Of a stretch of DNA of 25,873 nucleotides, positions 16,465-23,849 are shown piece by piece (position 1 is the first letter of the stretch; each line of letters begins with the position of its first letter). The DNA is taken from positions 1 through 25,873 of IMG/VR virus record IMGVR_UViG_3300033076_000271. One strand, written 5' to 3'. The notes beneath the pieces are model-generated. The model made no database searches. It saw only the letters and a list, made by a program, of their open reading frames with translations, and was not told where the DNA came from. This DNA is from a virus (Duplodnaviria; Caudoviricetes). The position numbers and the translations under genes were made by a program.

Positions 16465-17519
16465 ATCCGTTCTGCGCGAGTCTGTATCCGGGGAAGGACT
16501 CTCCTTCTCCTCCTCCTGCTCCGGACTACTCTGCGGCTGCTCAGTCGCAAGGCGCTGCGAACACGCAAGCGGCCATCGTCCAGAACTACCTGAACCGTCC
16601 TCAGGAAAATACGCCTTACGGTTCGAGAAAGTGGACCCAGACGGGTTCGTATCAAGTTCCGGCGTATGGCGATCAGCCTGCGGCCACCTTGCCGCAGTGG
16701 ACATCTAGCATTGAACTCACTCCCGAGGGACAGAAACTCGCGGATCAGCAGATGCGGATGTCCTCGACCTACGGGGACATTGGCGAAGCCGGGCTAGGGA
16801 GAATCCAGCAGTCCTTCTCCTCGCCGTTGTCCGTGGGGAATGTCAACGAGCTGCAGGACAAGGCGTATCAGGCGCAGACCTCGCGCCTTGATCCTCAGTG
16901 GCAGATGCGCGAGGAGCAGGAGAGGACGAGGCTTGCGAATCAGGGGCTTTCCCCGGGTGGAGAAGCCTACTCCAATGCGATGCGCGACTTCAGCAGCGCC
17001 AGGAACGATGCGTATCAGCAAGCGCGACTTGCGGCGGCTTCGCAAGCTCCGGCGCTGTTGCAGCAGGAACTGGCGATCCGTAACCAGCCTCTCACGGAAG
17101 TCAACGCCCTGCGTACAGGTTCGCAGCCCAGCATCCCGCAATTTCAGCCCTTCAGTACGGCAAGCGTAGGGGCTGCGCCGGTGATGCAAGGTGCGATGGC
17201 GCAAGGGCAGGCCGCGCAAAATGCCTACAATTCGCAAGTCGCCCAAGACAACTCTATGATGTCCGGTCTCTTCGGGATCGGTGGCTCGATTGCGGGCTCC
17301 CTGCCTTGGGGAACATGGATGTCAGACCGGCGCCTGAAGCGCGACATCAAGAAGGTCGGTGAGCATCCGAAGGGCTTTGGCATCTACGAATTCCGCTACC
17401 TGTGGGACGACCAGTTCATGACTGGCGTCATGGCCGACGAGGTTGAAGCGGTGCTGCCTGATGCCGTGGTGGAGATCGACGGCTATAAGGCGGTGAACTA
17501 CGGAGCCCTTCATGTCTAA
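16419..17519 (+). CDS. Ejection (DNA pilot) protein 1 with C-terminal peptidase S74 chaperone domain
   Basis: ATG 16419 has SD AAGGAG 8 nt upstream; GKDSPSPPPAPDY, Q/A-rich helices, Gly-rich hydrophobic segment, then SDRRLKRDI...GVMADEVEAVLPDAV...VNY. Confidence 0.78.
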   Translation: MDWLRVSAAIRQGCVDPFCASLYPGKDSPSPPPAPDYSAAAQSQGAANTQAAIVQNYLNRPQENTPYGSRKWTQTGSYQVPAYGDQPAATLPQWTSSIELTPEGQKLADQQMRMSSTYGDIGEAGLGRIQQSFSSPLSVGNVNELQDKAYQAQTSRLDPQWQMREEQERTRLANQGLSPGGEAYSNAMRDFSSARNDAYQQARLAAASQAPALLQQELAIRNQPLTEVNALRTGSQPSIPQFQPFSTASVGAAPVMQGAMAQGQAAQNAYNSQVAQDNSMMSGLFGIGGSIAGSLPWGTWMSDRRLKRDIKKVGEHPKGFGIYEFRYLWDDQFMTGVMADEVEAVLPDAVVEIDGYKAVNYGALHV

Positions 17520-19086
17520 GGCTGTTAGTTTCACCGCGCCGGGGACGGAGTTTCTTGCCGACCAGGAGGAGATCAAGCGCCGCCAGAAGATGGCGGAAAT
17601 GCTGCAGGCGCAGGCTGACACCCCGTTGCAGACCAATCGCATGGCGGGAGGGTATGTCGTACCGATAAGCCCGCTGGAGGGTCTGTCCAAGATGCTGCAA
17701 GGGGGCATGGCAGGGTATCAACGCCAGACCGCAGAACAGAAGCAAAAGGAACTCACGCAACGCTCTGCTACCGAGCGACAGGCCGCGCTTGCCGACGCCC
17801 TGAGACTCGCCCAAGGGGCCCCTGAATCTCAGTACGAGGATTCGATGGGGATTGGTAGGACTCAGCCTGCGCAAAAGGCGGACCTTGCCGCAGCCCTGCA
17901 AAGACTGGCGACTTCCAGCGATCCCGCGTTGCAGCAGGTTGGCGTCTCCGGGATGCTGCAGCGGTTCGTCCCGAAGGAATCGAAGTGGCAGGTGGCGGAA
18001 CGCTTCAATTCGGACACTGGACGCAAGGAAAAAGTCCTGATCGACTTAAACAACCCGTCCAACGTCATGCCGCTTGGCGGACAGGAGGCGGCGAAGCTTA
18101 ACTTCACCGACCAAGGCGGCGTGATCCAGCCCCGAGACCCTTACACCGGGCGTCCGGTTGGGGAGGCCATTGGAACCTCGATGAAGCCCGGTGAAACTGC
18201 GCGTCTGGATTGGGACAAGTATCAATGGGGCAACGCAAGCCCTCTGCAGCTTGCTCAACTCGGCGTGGATCAAGCCAGATTGGCTAATCAAGGGATTCAA
18301 ACGCAGTTCGAGACCGGGCGAGGTGTGGGGGCTCCCATGGCCCCAAGACTTCCGAGCGCAACTCCGCAGATCGGCGGGATGAACTTCGCCCCAACCCAGA
18401 ACTTGGGGGCCCCTGCGAACCAAGGCACCTCAGCGCCGCAGATCGCCGCACAGGCCCCCATGGCTCCGCAACGTCCTGCGATGCCCCAAGGGCCTCAGGG
18501 AGCGCCTACGGCGGCTTCTGGCGGGTCTATGGTGCCTCCGGCGATGTCGGGGGCTGTCACCCCAAAGGCGCTTGCCGCAAGGGCCGCAGAACGTCCGGAA
18601 GCCACCCGAGCGGCTCAAGGGGTCATGCTGCAACTGGACACCGCCTTGGACAAGCTGGACAACGTCCTGAAGGCCCCCGGACTGCCGAACATTACGGGGC
18701 CTTTGGCTGGGCGCTTGCCAAACGTCACCGGGGACGCCACGAACGCCCAAGCGTCCTTGGATACGCTCAAGTCCCAGATCGGGGTGCAAGTCCTGAACGC
18801 CATGCGGGAAGCCTCCAAAACGGGGGGCGCTGTCGGCAACGTGACGGAAAAGGAATGGCCGATCCTGCAGAACCAGCTCGGGGAACTTCAGCAGACCCAG
18901 ACCACGGAGCAGTTCAAGAAAAAGCTTGCGGACGTGAAGATCGTCTTGGAGCGAATGAAGCAAAACGCTAGGCAGACCTACGAAGGCATCTATGGGTCTC
19001 TGGACTACCAGACCCCAGCCTTTGGACAAAAGGCGGCTGGCAAGATCGGTTCTGCTGATGATCCTCTCGGAATTCGCAAGAAATGA
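17512..19086 (+). CDS. Ejection protein 2 (P22 gp20-like)
   Basis: Helical Q/A-rich protein with P/A/Q linker and C-terminal GGAVGNVTEKE...LQQTQTTEQFKKKL; synteny. Confidence 0.7.
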   Translation: MSKAVSFTAPGTEFLADQEEIKRRQKMAEMLQAQADTPLQTNRMAGGYVVPISPLEGLSKMLQGGMAGYQRQTAEQKQKELTQRSATERQAALADALRLAQGAPESQYEDSMGIGRTQPAQKADLAAALQRLATSSDPALQQVGVSGMLQRFVPKESKWQVAERFNSDTGRKEKVLIDLNNPSNVMPLGGQEAAKLNFTDQGGVIQPRDPYTGRPVGEAIGTSMKPGETARLDWDKYQWGNASPLQLAQLGVDQARLANQGIQTQFETGRGVGAPMAPRLPSATPQIGGMNFAPTQNLGAPANQGTSAPQIAAQAPMAPQRPAMPQGPQGAPTAASGGSMVPPAMSGAVTPKALAARAAERPEATRAAQGVMLQLDTALDKLDNVLKAPGLPNITGPLAGRLPNVTGDATNAQASLDTLKSQIGVQVLNAMREASKTGGAVGNVTEKEWPILQNQLGELQQTQTTEQFKKKLADVKIVLERMKQNARQTYEGIYGSLDYQTPAFGQKAAGKIGSADDPLGIRKK

Positions 19087-20708
19087 CGCCGATTTCGCAG
19101 ATCCGCGAGCAGTTCCCCCAATACTCCGACATTCCGGACGGTGATCTCGTTCGCGGTCTGCACCGCAAGTTCTACGCGGACATCCCCTATAACGACTTCC
19201 TGAAGAACATTGATTTCCGCAAGCCCGTGGACCCCACGGAGGGGATGAGCGGGCCAAAGAAATTCCTTGCCGGTGCTGGTAAGGCGTTCCTCGACATCGG
19301 CAAAGGCGTGGGCCAGATGGTCGGCGCGGTGGATCAAAAGACCATCGACGAGACCAAGGAACTCGACAAGCCGTTGATGAGCACCGGCTCAGGGATTGCC
19401 GGGAACATCATTGGCAATGCCGCGATCATGGCCCCGACCGCAATGCTCCCTGGTGCCAATACCTACGGGGGCGCGGCGCTGATCGGCTCTGCTGGTGGCG
19501 CGATTCAACCTACCGCTACAGGAGAATCCAGAACCGCGAACGCAGGTGTAGGGGCGGCGGCAGGATTTACCGGACAGGCGCTCGGCAACGCCTTGGGGCG
19601 TCTCGCAAAGCCGGTCGCCAGTCGGATTTCTCCTGAAGAGCAGGCATTAGCAAACGCTGCAACACGGGAAGGCATTCCGTTGACAGCGGGGCAGGCCACG
19701 GGCTCCAAACCCTTGCAGACCGTCGAATCTGTGCTGGAGAACTTGCCCCTTACTTCAGGGCGTCAACTGGCCGGCAGGGAGGCACAGCAACGGGCATTCA
19801 CTGCTGCAGCTCTAAAGAGGGCTGGGGTCAATGCTGACGTTGCCGACGCCGGGACTTTGCTCACCCAGAAGAACGCCTTGGGAAGCCAGATCGAAGGCGT
19901 GGCGAAGAACAACACGCTGGACTTCAACCAAGGGCTTACCAACAAGCTTGCCGACATCGTTGACAACGCATCCAAGAGACTCCCTCTTGCTGAAGCGCAG
20001 AAAATCTCAGGCACCGTTGACCAGATCCTGTCCCAAGTCGAGCAAAGCGGCCAGATGCTTGGGACGAACTACCAAGGATGGAGAGAGCCACTGCGAGGAC
20101 TGGCAAGCGAAGGCGGGGCTTCTGGTACTGCCTACAGAGAGATTCGCAAGGCACTGGATGACGCCTTCCGTTCCCAACTGAAGGGGCCGGATGCGGACAC
20201 CGTTACGCAAGCCTCCCGCCAGTACGCCAACGTCAAGACGATCATCGACGCCATGGGAGGGGCCGGAAATCTTCCAGCAAAAGGGCAAATTGCCCCAGCC
20301 CAGCTTGGCGCTGCTTTGAGTCGTTCCGTAGGCAGGGAAGGCAAAGCCTTGGGTCGAGGAGACTTGAACGAACTGTCGAAAGTCGGACAGTTGTTTGTCA
20401 GGGACCAAATCCCGAACTCCGGCACTGCACAACGGCAGTTCGTGCAAAACCTGATGACGACGGTTCCCGGGGCGGGGATTGGCTACATGGCCGGAGGGCC
20501 TGAGGGAGCGGCTACCGGGGCTGCTCTTGGGGCAGCGTTAACCTACGGAGGCCCTAAGGCCGTTCAGTCGCTGATGAACTCGAAAGCGGGCCAGGCGTAC
20601 CTAAGCCGTGGGGCAGTTCCGATCACCGAGGCCCAGCGGCGGGCGTTGTCCAATGCGTTGCGCACCGTGTCTGTGGGTGCGACTCCGGTCCTCAGTTCCA
20701 GCGAATGA
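19083..20708 (+). CDS. Ejection protein 3 (P22 gp16-like)
   Basis: Gly/Ala-rich membrane-insertion-like segments at both ends, PNSGTAQR motif; ATGA overlap; synteny. Confidence 0.7.
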   Translation: MTPISQIREQFPQYSDIPDGDLVRGLHRKFYADIPYNDFLKNIDFRKPVDPTEGMSGPKKFLAGAGKAFLDIGKGVGQMVGAVDQKTIDETKELDKPLMSTGSGIAGNIIGNAAIMAPTAMLPGANTYGGAALIGSAGGAIQPTATGESRTANAGVGAAAGFTGQALGNALGRLAKPVASRISPEEQALANAATREGIPLTAGQATGSKPLQTVESVLENLPLTSGRQLAGREAQQRAFTAAALKRAGVNADVADAGTLLTQKNALGSQIEGVAKNNTLDFNQGLTNKLADIVDNASKRLPLAEAQKISGTVDQILSQVEQSGQMLGTNYQGWREPLRGLASEGGASGTAYREIRKALDDAFRSQLKGPDADTVTQASRQYANVKTIIDAMGGAGNLPAKGQIAPAQLGAALSRSVGREGKALGRGDLNELSKVGQLFVRDQIPNSGTAQRQFVQNLMTTVPGAGIGYMAGGPEGAATGAALGAALTYGGPKAVQSLMNSKAGQAYLSRGAVPITEAQRRALSNALRTVSVGATPVLSSSE

Positions 20709-20847
20709 ACAGGAACCTTTGCAGCCAGTTGGGGATGAACTTCTCGACGCGAGGGATGATAAACCGTGCGATGGAAATGAACAGTGCTGCCATGAACGGA
20801 GCCAGCACAGCCCCGAAAGCCCAAGCGTACTCGGACAGGAGTTCCAT
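20692..20847 (-). CDS. 51-aa single-pass membrane protein, candidate superinfection exclusion (not in ORF track)
   Basis: Reverse strand reads MELLSEYAWAFGAVLAPFMAALFISIARFIIPRVEKFIPNWLQRFLFIRWN: one TM helix plus amphipathic basic tail; fills the gap after ejection protein 3. Confidence 0.7.
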   Translation of the reverse strand: MELLSEYAWAFGAVLAPFMAALFISIARFIIPRVEKFIPNWLQRFLFIRWN

Positions 20848-20855
20848 CGGTTAGA

Positions 20856-20869
20856 AGCGTACCACATGG
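20856..20869 (-). promoter_or_regulatory. Putative extended -10 promoter (leaderless transcript)
   Basis: Minus strand CCATGTGG-TACGCT (TGTGnTAnnnT), 8 nt before ATG 20847; no SD; no good -35 seen. Confidence 0.45.
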
Positions 20870-20870
20870 A

Positions 20871-20884
20871 CCGCCGTGAGGCGG
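20871..20884 (+). promoter_or_regulatory. GTGA-tetraloop hairpin upstream of tail fibre SD
   Basis: CCGCC-GTGA-GGCGG, one base different from the 1314-1327 hairpin; AAAGGA follows; GTG at 20901. Confidence 0.55.
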
Positions 20885-20900
20885 ACTGAAAGGAAAAAAC

Positions 20901-21968
20901 GTGGCATTTTCAGGCGGTAGTTTCAGCCTCTACACCCCGGGAAACCCGGTCGTAACAAATACGACCATCTCCAGTACCTGGGCGAACAACACGCTTTCGG
21001 ACATCGCAAGCGGCCTGTCAACGTGCGTCCTCAAGGATGGCACACAGACGATCACGGCGAATATTCCGATGTCCGGGTTCAAGCTAACCGGGCTTGCTGC
21101 GGGGACCTCCAACGGGGATTCCGTTCGATACGAGCAAGTTGTCGGGGCCTACCTCCCGATTACCGGGGGGACGCTGACGGGGAACCTTCTGTTCACGGAT
21201 GCGACCTATGACATCGGCGCATCCGGGGCAACCCGTCCAAGGGACTTGTTCCTTTCAAGGAATGCCGTCATTGGCGGAACAATGTCAGTGGGTGGAAACG
21301 TTGTTTCAAATCTTCTCTTCACTGACAACACATACGACATTGGCGCTTCTGGTGCGACTCGTCCTCGGCACATCTATGTTGCTCAAAACATCACCATTGG
21401 CGGATCGTTTACAGGAGCCCTTGCCAGTGCGGTGACAGGGACCACGCAATCAGCAGGCGACAACTCCACAAAGATTGCAACCACGGCTTATGCAGATCGA
21501 CTCGGTATAACGCTTGGCACGCCAACCGCAACGACAAGCGGAACGACATGGCCTTATACAAGCATTCCTTCCGGAACAAAGAAAATCATCGTCAGTTTCG
21601 TCAATTTTTCGACCAACGGAACTTCGGACGTACTAATCCAGTTGGGCGATGCCGGCGGCATTGAAAACTCTGGCTACACATCGGCGGTGCAAACAGGAGC
21701 AGGACTGGCGCCCAATACCACTGGATTTGTAGTCGCAGATCCGGTATCTGCAGGCACAGTTCTAAACGGACACATCATCCTTGTTCTTGAGGATGCATCT
21801 GCGTTCACATGGACAGCGGCAGGAACGCTCATGGATGTGGCGCAGTCCAGATACAACACTAGTGCGGGAAGCAAATCGCTTACCGCCGAACTTACTCAGC
21901 TAACGATAACGACTGTTAGCGGAGATACCGGCGACGGGGGGGCCGTCAATATTCAGTACGAATCGTAA
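20901..21968 (+). CDS. Tail fibre / receptor-binding protein
   Basis: N-terminal virion-binding-type segment (DIASGLSTCVLKDGTQT), YLPITGGTLTG and DNSTKIATTAY fibre motifs, beta-rich C-terminal head; last structural gene. Confidence 0.82.
   Translation: MAFSGGSFSLYTPGNPVVTNTTISSTWANNTLSDIASGLSTCVLKDGTQTITANIPMSGFKLTGLAAGTSNGDSVRYEQVVGAYLPITGGTLTGNLLFTDATYDIGASGATRPRDLFLSRNAVIGGTMSVGGNVVSNLLFTDNTYDIGASGATRPRHIYVAQNITIGGSFTGALASAVTGTTQSAGDNSTKIATTAYADRLGITLGTPTATTSGTTWPYTSIPSGTKKIIVSFVNFSTNGTSDVLIQLGDAGGIENSGYTSAVQTGAGLAPNTTGFVVADPVSAGTVLNGHIILVLEDASAFTWTAAGTLMDVAQSRYNTSAGSKSLTAELTQLTITTVSGDTGDGGAVNIQYES
21183..21368 (+). repeat. Two-copy in-frame protein repeat in tail fibre (42-aa period)
   Basis: NLLFTDATYDIGASGATRPR (21183-21242) and NLLFTDNTYDIGASGATRPR (21309-21368). 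Confidence 0.9.
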
Positions 21969-21983
21969 GTAGATACCGGAAGT

Positions 21984-22051
21984 AAGAAGGGGGCGCCGGG
22001 TGTTGAGCCCACCCGTCTCCCCGTGCTGGCGAAGCAAGCCCCCCATAGCTG
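21984..22051 (-). ncRNA. Candidate ~70-nt antisense RNA opposite the lysis cassette leader
   Basis: Extended -10 at 22059-22072 on minus strand; transcript would end in GGGGAGACGGGTG-GGCTCAA-CACCCGGCGCCCCC-TTCTT (hairpin plus pyrimidine run). Confidence 0.4.
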
Positions 22052-22058
22052 CAGGGCT

Positions 22059-22072
22059 AGCCTAGCACATGG
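22059..22072 (-). promoter_or_regulatory. Putative extended -10 promoter
   Basis: Minus strand CCATGTGC-TAGGCT; 12 of 14 bases match 20856-20869. Confidence 0.45.
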
Positions 22073-22089
22073 CTCTAATGGAGCCTGTG

Positions 22090-22344
22090 ATGGATCTAAC
22101 GCCTGAAGAGTTGCGACGTATCGAAGGAAGGTGGAAGTCTGATGTTGACAAGAAACTGGACCGCCTTGTGACGCTTGCGGACAAGCACGAGCCATTTATC
22201 GAGGAACTGATCCGCAGGGAAAAAGCCCGTGCGCAGTTTTGGGAGGACATGGCGCGACACGCTGCCAAGGTTGGCATCGGCAGTCTCATCACTTCCGGCA
22301 TCTACGCGATTTGGCTGGGGATCAAGCACGCCATCCGTCTGTGA
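22090..22344 (+). CDS. Small membrane protein of lysis cassette (holin/antiholin-like)
   Basis: Charged helical N-terminus, one C-terminal TM (VGIGSLITSGIYAIWLGI) with basic tail; GGAG at 22080 favours ATG 22090, though 22069 and 22078 are in-frame alternatives. Confidence 0.65.
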   Translation: MDLTPEELRRIEGRWKSDVDKKLDRLVTLADKHEPFIEELIRREKARAQFWEDMARHAAKVGIGSLITSGIYAIWLGIKHAIRL

Positions 22345-22352
22345 GGTAGACC

Positions 22353-22823
22353 ATGATTCTCTCTGCGCTGTTCTCATTCCTTGGCGGCTCTGCCTTCCGG
22401 ATGATCTGGGGGGAGATCGCCGCATGGATGAACAAGAAGCAGGACCACGCTCACGAAATGGACATGATGCGGCTCCAGTCTTCTCTGGAGGCCGAGCGGC
22501 ACAGCCGGAACCTTGAGCAGCTTCGACTGGCGGCGGACCTGAAGCTGACGGAGATCCGGGTAGCCGGTGATCTGGCGGTAGAGAAGGCCGCAGCGGATGC
22601 GTTTACCGAAGCCCAGAAGACGCTGAGAGCGCCCAGCGGGATCAAGTGGGTGGATGGGTGGAACGGGGCGATCCGCCCTGCCATGGCCTCCATTGCCTTG
22701 GCGCTGTGGGTGTTCGCCCTGGCGAAGGCTGGCTTTGTGACCGGGGATTGGGACCGGGAATTGATCGCCGGAATCCTCGGGTTCTATGTCGCGGATCGGA
22801 CACTCGCGAAGAGGAACAAGTAA
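22353..22823 (+). CDS. Holin, GTA 3TM holin-like family (putative)
   Basis: Hydrophobic N-terminus, coiled coil, WVDGWNGAIRP then two hydrophobic segments ending GFYVADRTLAK; upstream of lysin. Confidence 0.65.
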   Translation: MILSALFSFLGGSAFRMIWGEIAAWMNKKQDHAHEMDMMRLQSSLEAERHSRNLEQLRLAADLKLTEIRVAGDLAVEKAAADAFTEAQKTLRAPSGIKWVDGWNGAIRPAMASIALALWVFALAKAGFVTGDWDRELIAGILGFYVADRTLAKRNK

Positions 22824-22826
22824 CCA

Positions 22827-23225
22827 ATGAAGAGAGGTCGTCCAGTAGGGTCGCTTCCAATGCCTGACAGGTTTTGGTCAAAGGCCGAAATGATGCCATC
22901 CGGGTGCTTGGAATGGAGGGCAAGTATCTTTAAACAAACTGGCTACGGGCAGTTTGTCATTGGCGTTGGAAAGAGAGAAACGGCCCATAGAATGGCGTGG
23001 AAATTGACTCACGGTGACATTCCGAATGGGCTTTGGGTTCTTCATAAATGCGATAACAGATTGTGCTGTAACCCGGAACATCTTTTTCTTGGGGATGCTG
23101 CCGCCAACAATCGAGACATGGCTGCGAAAAGTCGTCACGTTGGGTCACGGGGGCACAAGCATTCTGAAGTGACGAAGCAAAGGATGAGGATTGCTGCCGC
23201 GCATGGCGCGGGCGCTTGGAAGTGA
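22827..23225 (+). CDS. HNH homing endonuclease with NUMOD3-like tail
   Basis: RFWSK...GCLEW...GYG...AHRMAW...VLHKCDNRLCCNPEHLFLG...NNRDM; tail HKHSEVTKQRMR; visibly more AT-rich than neighbours. Confidence 0.88.
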   Translation: MKRGRPVGSLPMPDRFWSKAEMMPSGCLEWRASIFKQTGYGQFVIGVGKRETAHRMAWKLTHGDIPNGLWVLHKCDNRLCCNPEHLFLGDAAANNRDMAAKSRHVGSRGHKHSEVTKQRMRIAAAHGAGAWK

Positions 23226-23638
23226 ACCTCGCAACGCTCTACAAACTGGTCCGTCACTTTGAGGGCTGCCGCCTGACGCCCTACCTTTGCCCGGCTGGGG
23301 TCTGGACGGCGGGCTGGGGCTCAACGGGGCCGGATGTATTCCCCGGGCGACCGTGGACGCAGGAGTACGCAGACTATCGGCTAGAGCTTGACGCTATCCG
23401 GTTCGCAAAGGCCACCCTAGCCGCCTGCCCGGGTCTGGAAGGGGAACGGCTCTGCGCCATTGCCGACTTTGCTTACAATCTCGGGACCGGGGCACTGCGA
23501 GGCTCGACCCTTCGGAAGCGGGTCAACGCTGAGGAATGGGAGGCAGCGAAGTCAGAACTGCGGCGGTGGGTCAGGGGAGGGGGAAAGGTGCTACCAGGTC
23601 TTGTGAGGCGCAGGGAGGCCGAGGCGGCGCTGCTGTAG
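23222..23638 (+). CDS. Endolysin, GH24 phage lysozyme
   Basis: FEGCRLTPYLCPAGVWT = E-x8-C-x5-T triad; FAYNLG; GLVRRREAE; GTG 23222 overlaps the HNH stop; no SAR segment. Confidence 0.93.
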   Translation: MNLATLYKLVRHFEGCRLTPYLCPAGVWTAGWGSTGPDVFPGRPWTQEYADYRLELDAIRFAKATLAACPGLEGERLCAIADFAYNLGTGALRGSTLRKRVNAEEWEAAKSELRRWVRGGGKVLPGLVRRREAEAALL

Positions 23639-23649
23639 AATCACCGCAT

Positions 23650-23686
23650 GGGGCGGTAGCTGCGTAGCGGACGCTGCCCCGATTTT
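23650..23686 (+). terminator. Possible intrinsic terminator of late operon
   Basis: GGGGCGG...CTGCCCC stem followed by GATTTT; a second inverted repeat GAAAGGCC-N6-GGCCTTTC at 23709-23730 is an alternative. Confidence 0.4.
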
Positions 23687-23849
23687 CCTGCCCCGCGCCA
23701 GCCCCGCCGAAAGGCCGGGAGGGGCCTTTCCTGCCCCGTGCTGCCCTCTGGAGGCCCTCAGGCCCTACGGGGTCAGATGGGTTAAACATGGCACGTCACT
23801 AGCCCGTTTTCCCTCTGGCGACCCGTTTTCCTGCCCAATTCCGGCCCCG
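23671..23849. repeat. Putative attP with integrase arm-type direct repeats
   Basis: TTTCCTGCCC at 23684, 23727 and 23827, each with an adjacent degenerate copy (CGCTGCCCCG 23672, TGCTGCCC 23739, ATTCCGGCCCCG 23838), at the 3' end of int. Confidence 0.6.

Noticed and set aside
20601-20889. Track ORFs 20601..20867 (-) and 20608..20889 (+)
   Set aside because: Cys/Ser-rich, non-protein-like and overlapping ejection protein 3; the 51-aa minus-strand frame is far more convincing.
21183-21368. Diversity-generating retroelement TR/VR pair
   Set aside because: Differences are synonymous and not adenine-specific; both copies are in one ORF; no reverse transcriptase in the window.
23645-23700. tRNA or tRNA fragment (GGGGCGGTAGCT resembles a tRNA 5' end)
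   Set aside because: No D-loop GG, anticodon arm or TTCGA T-loop; folds as a single hairpin.
23775-23800. XerCD dif-like site (GGTTAAAC)
   Set aside because: Only a short partial match, no XerC arm; phage has its own integrase and arm repeats.
23671-23849. CRISPR-like mini-array
   Set aside because: Repeats are only 10-12 bp with irregular spacing; better explained as integrase arm sites.
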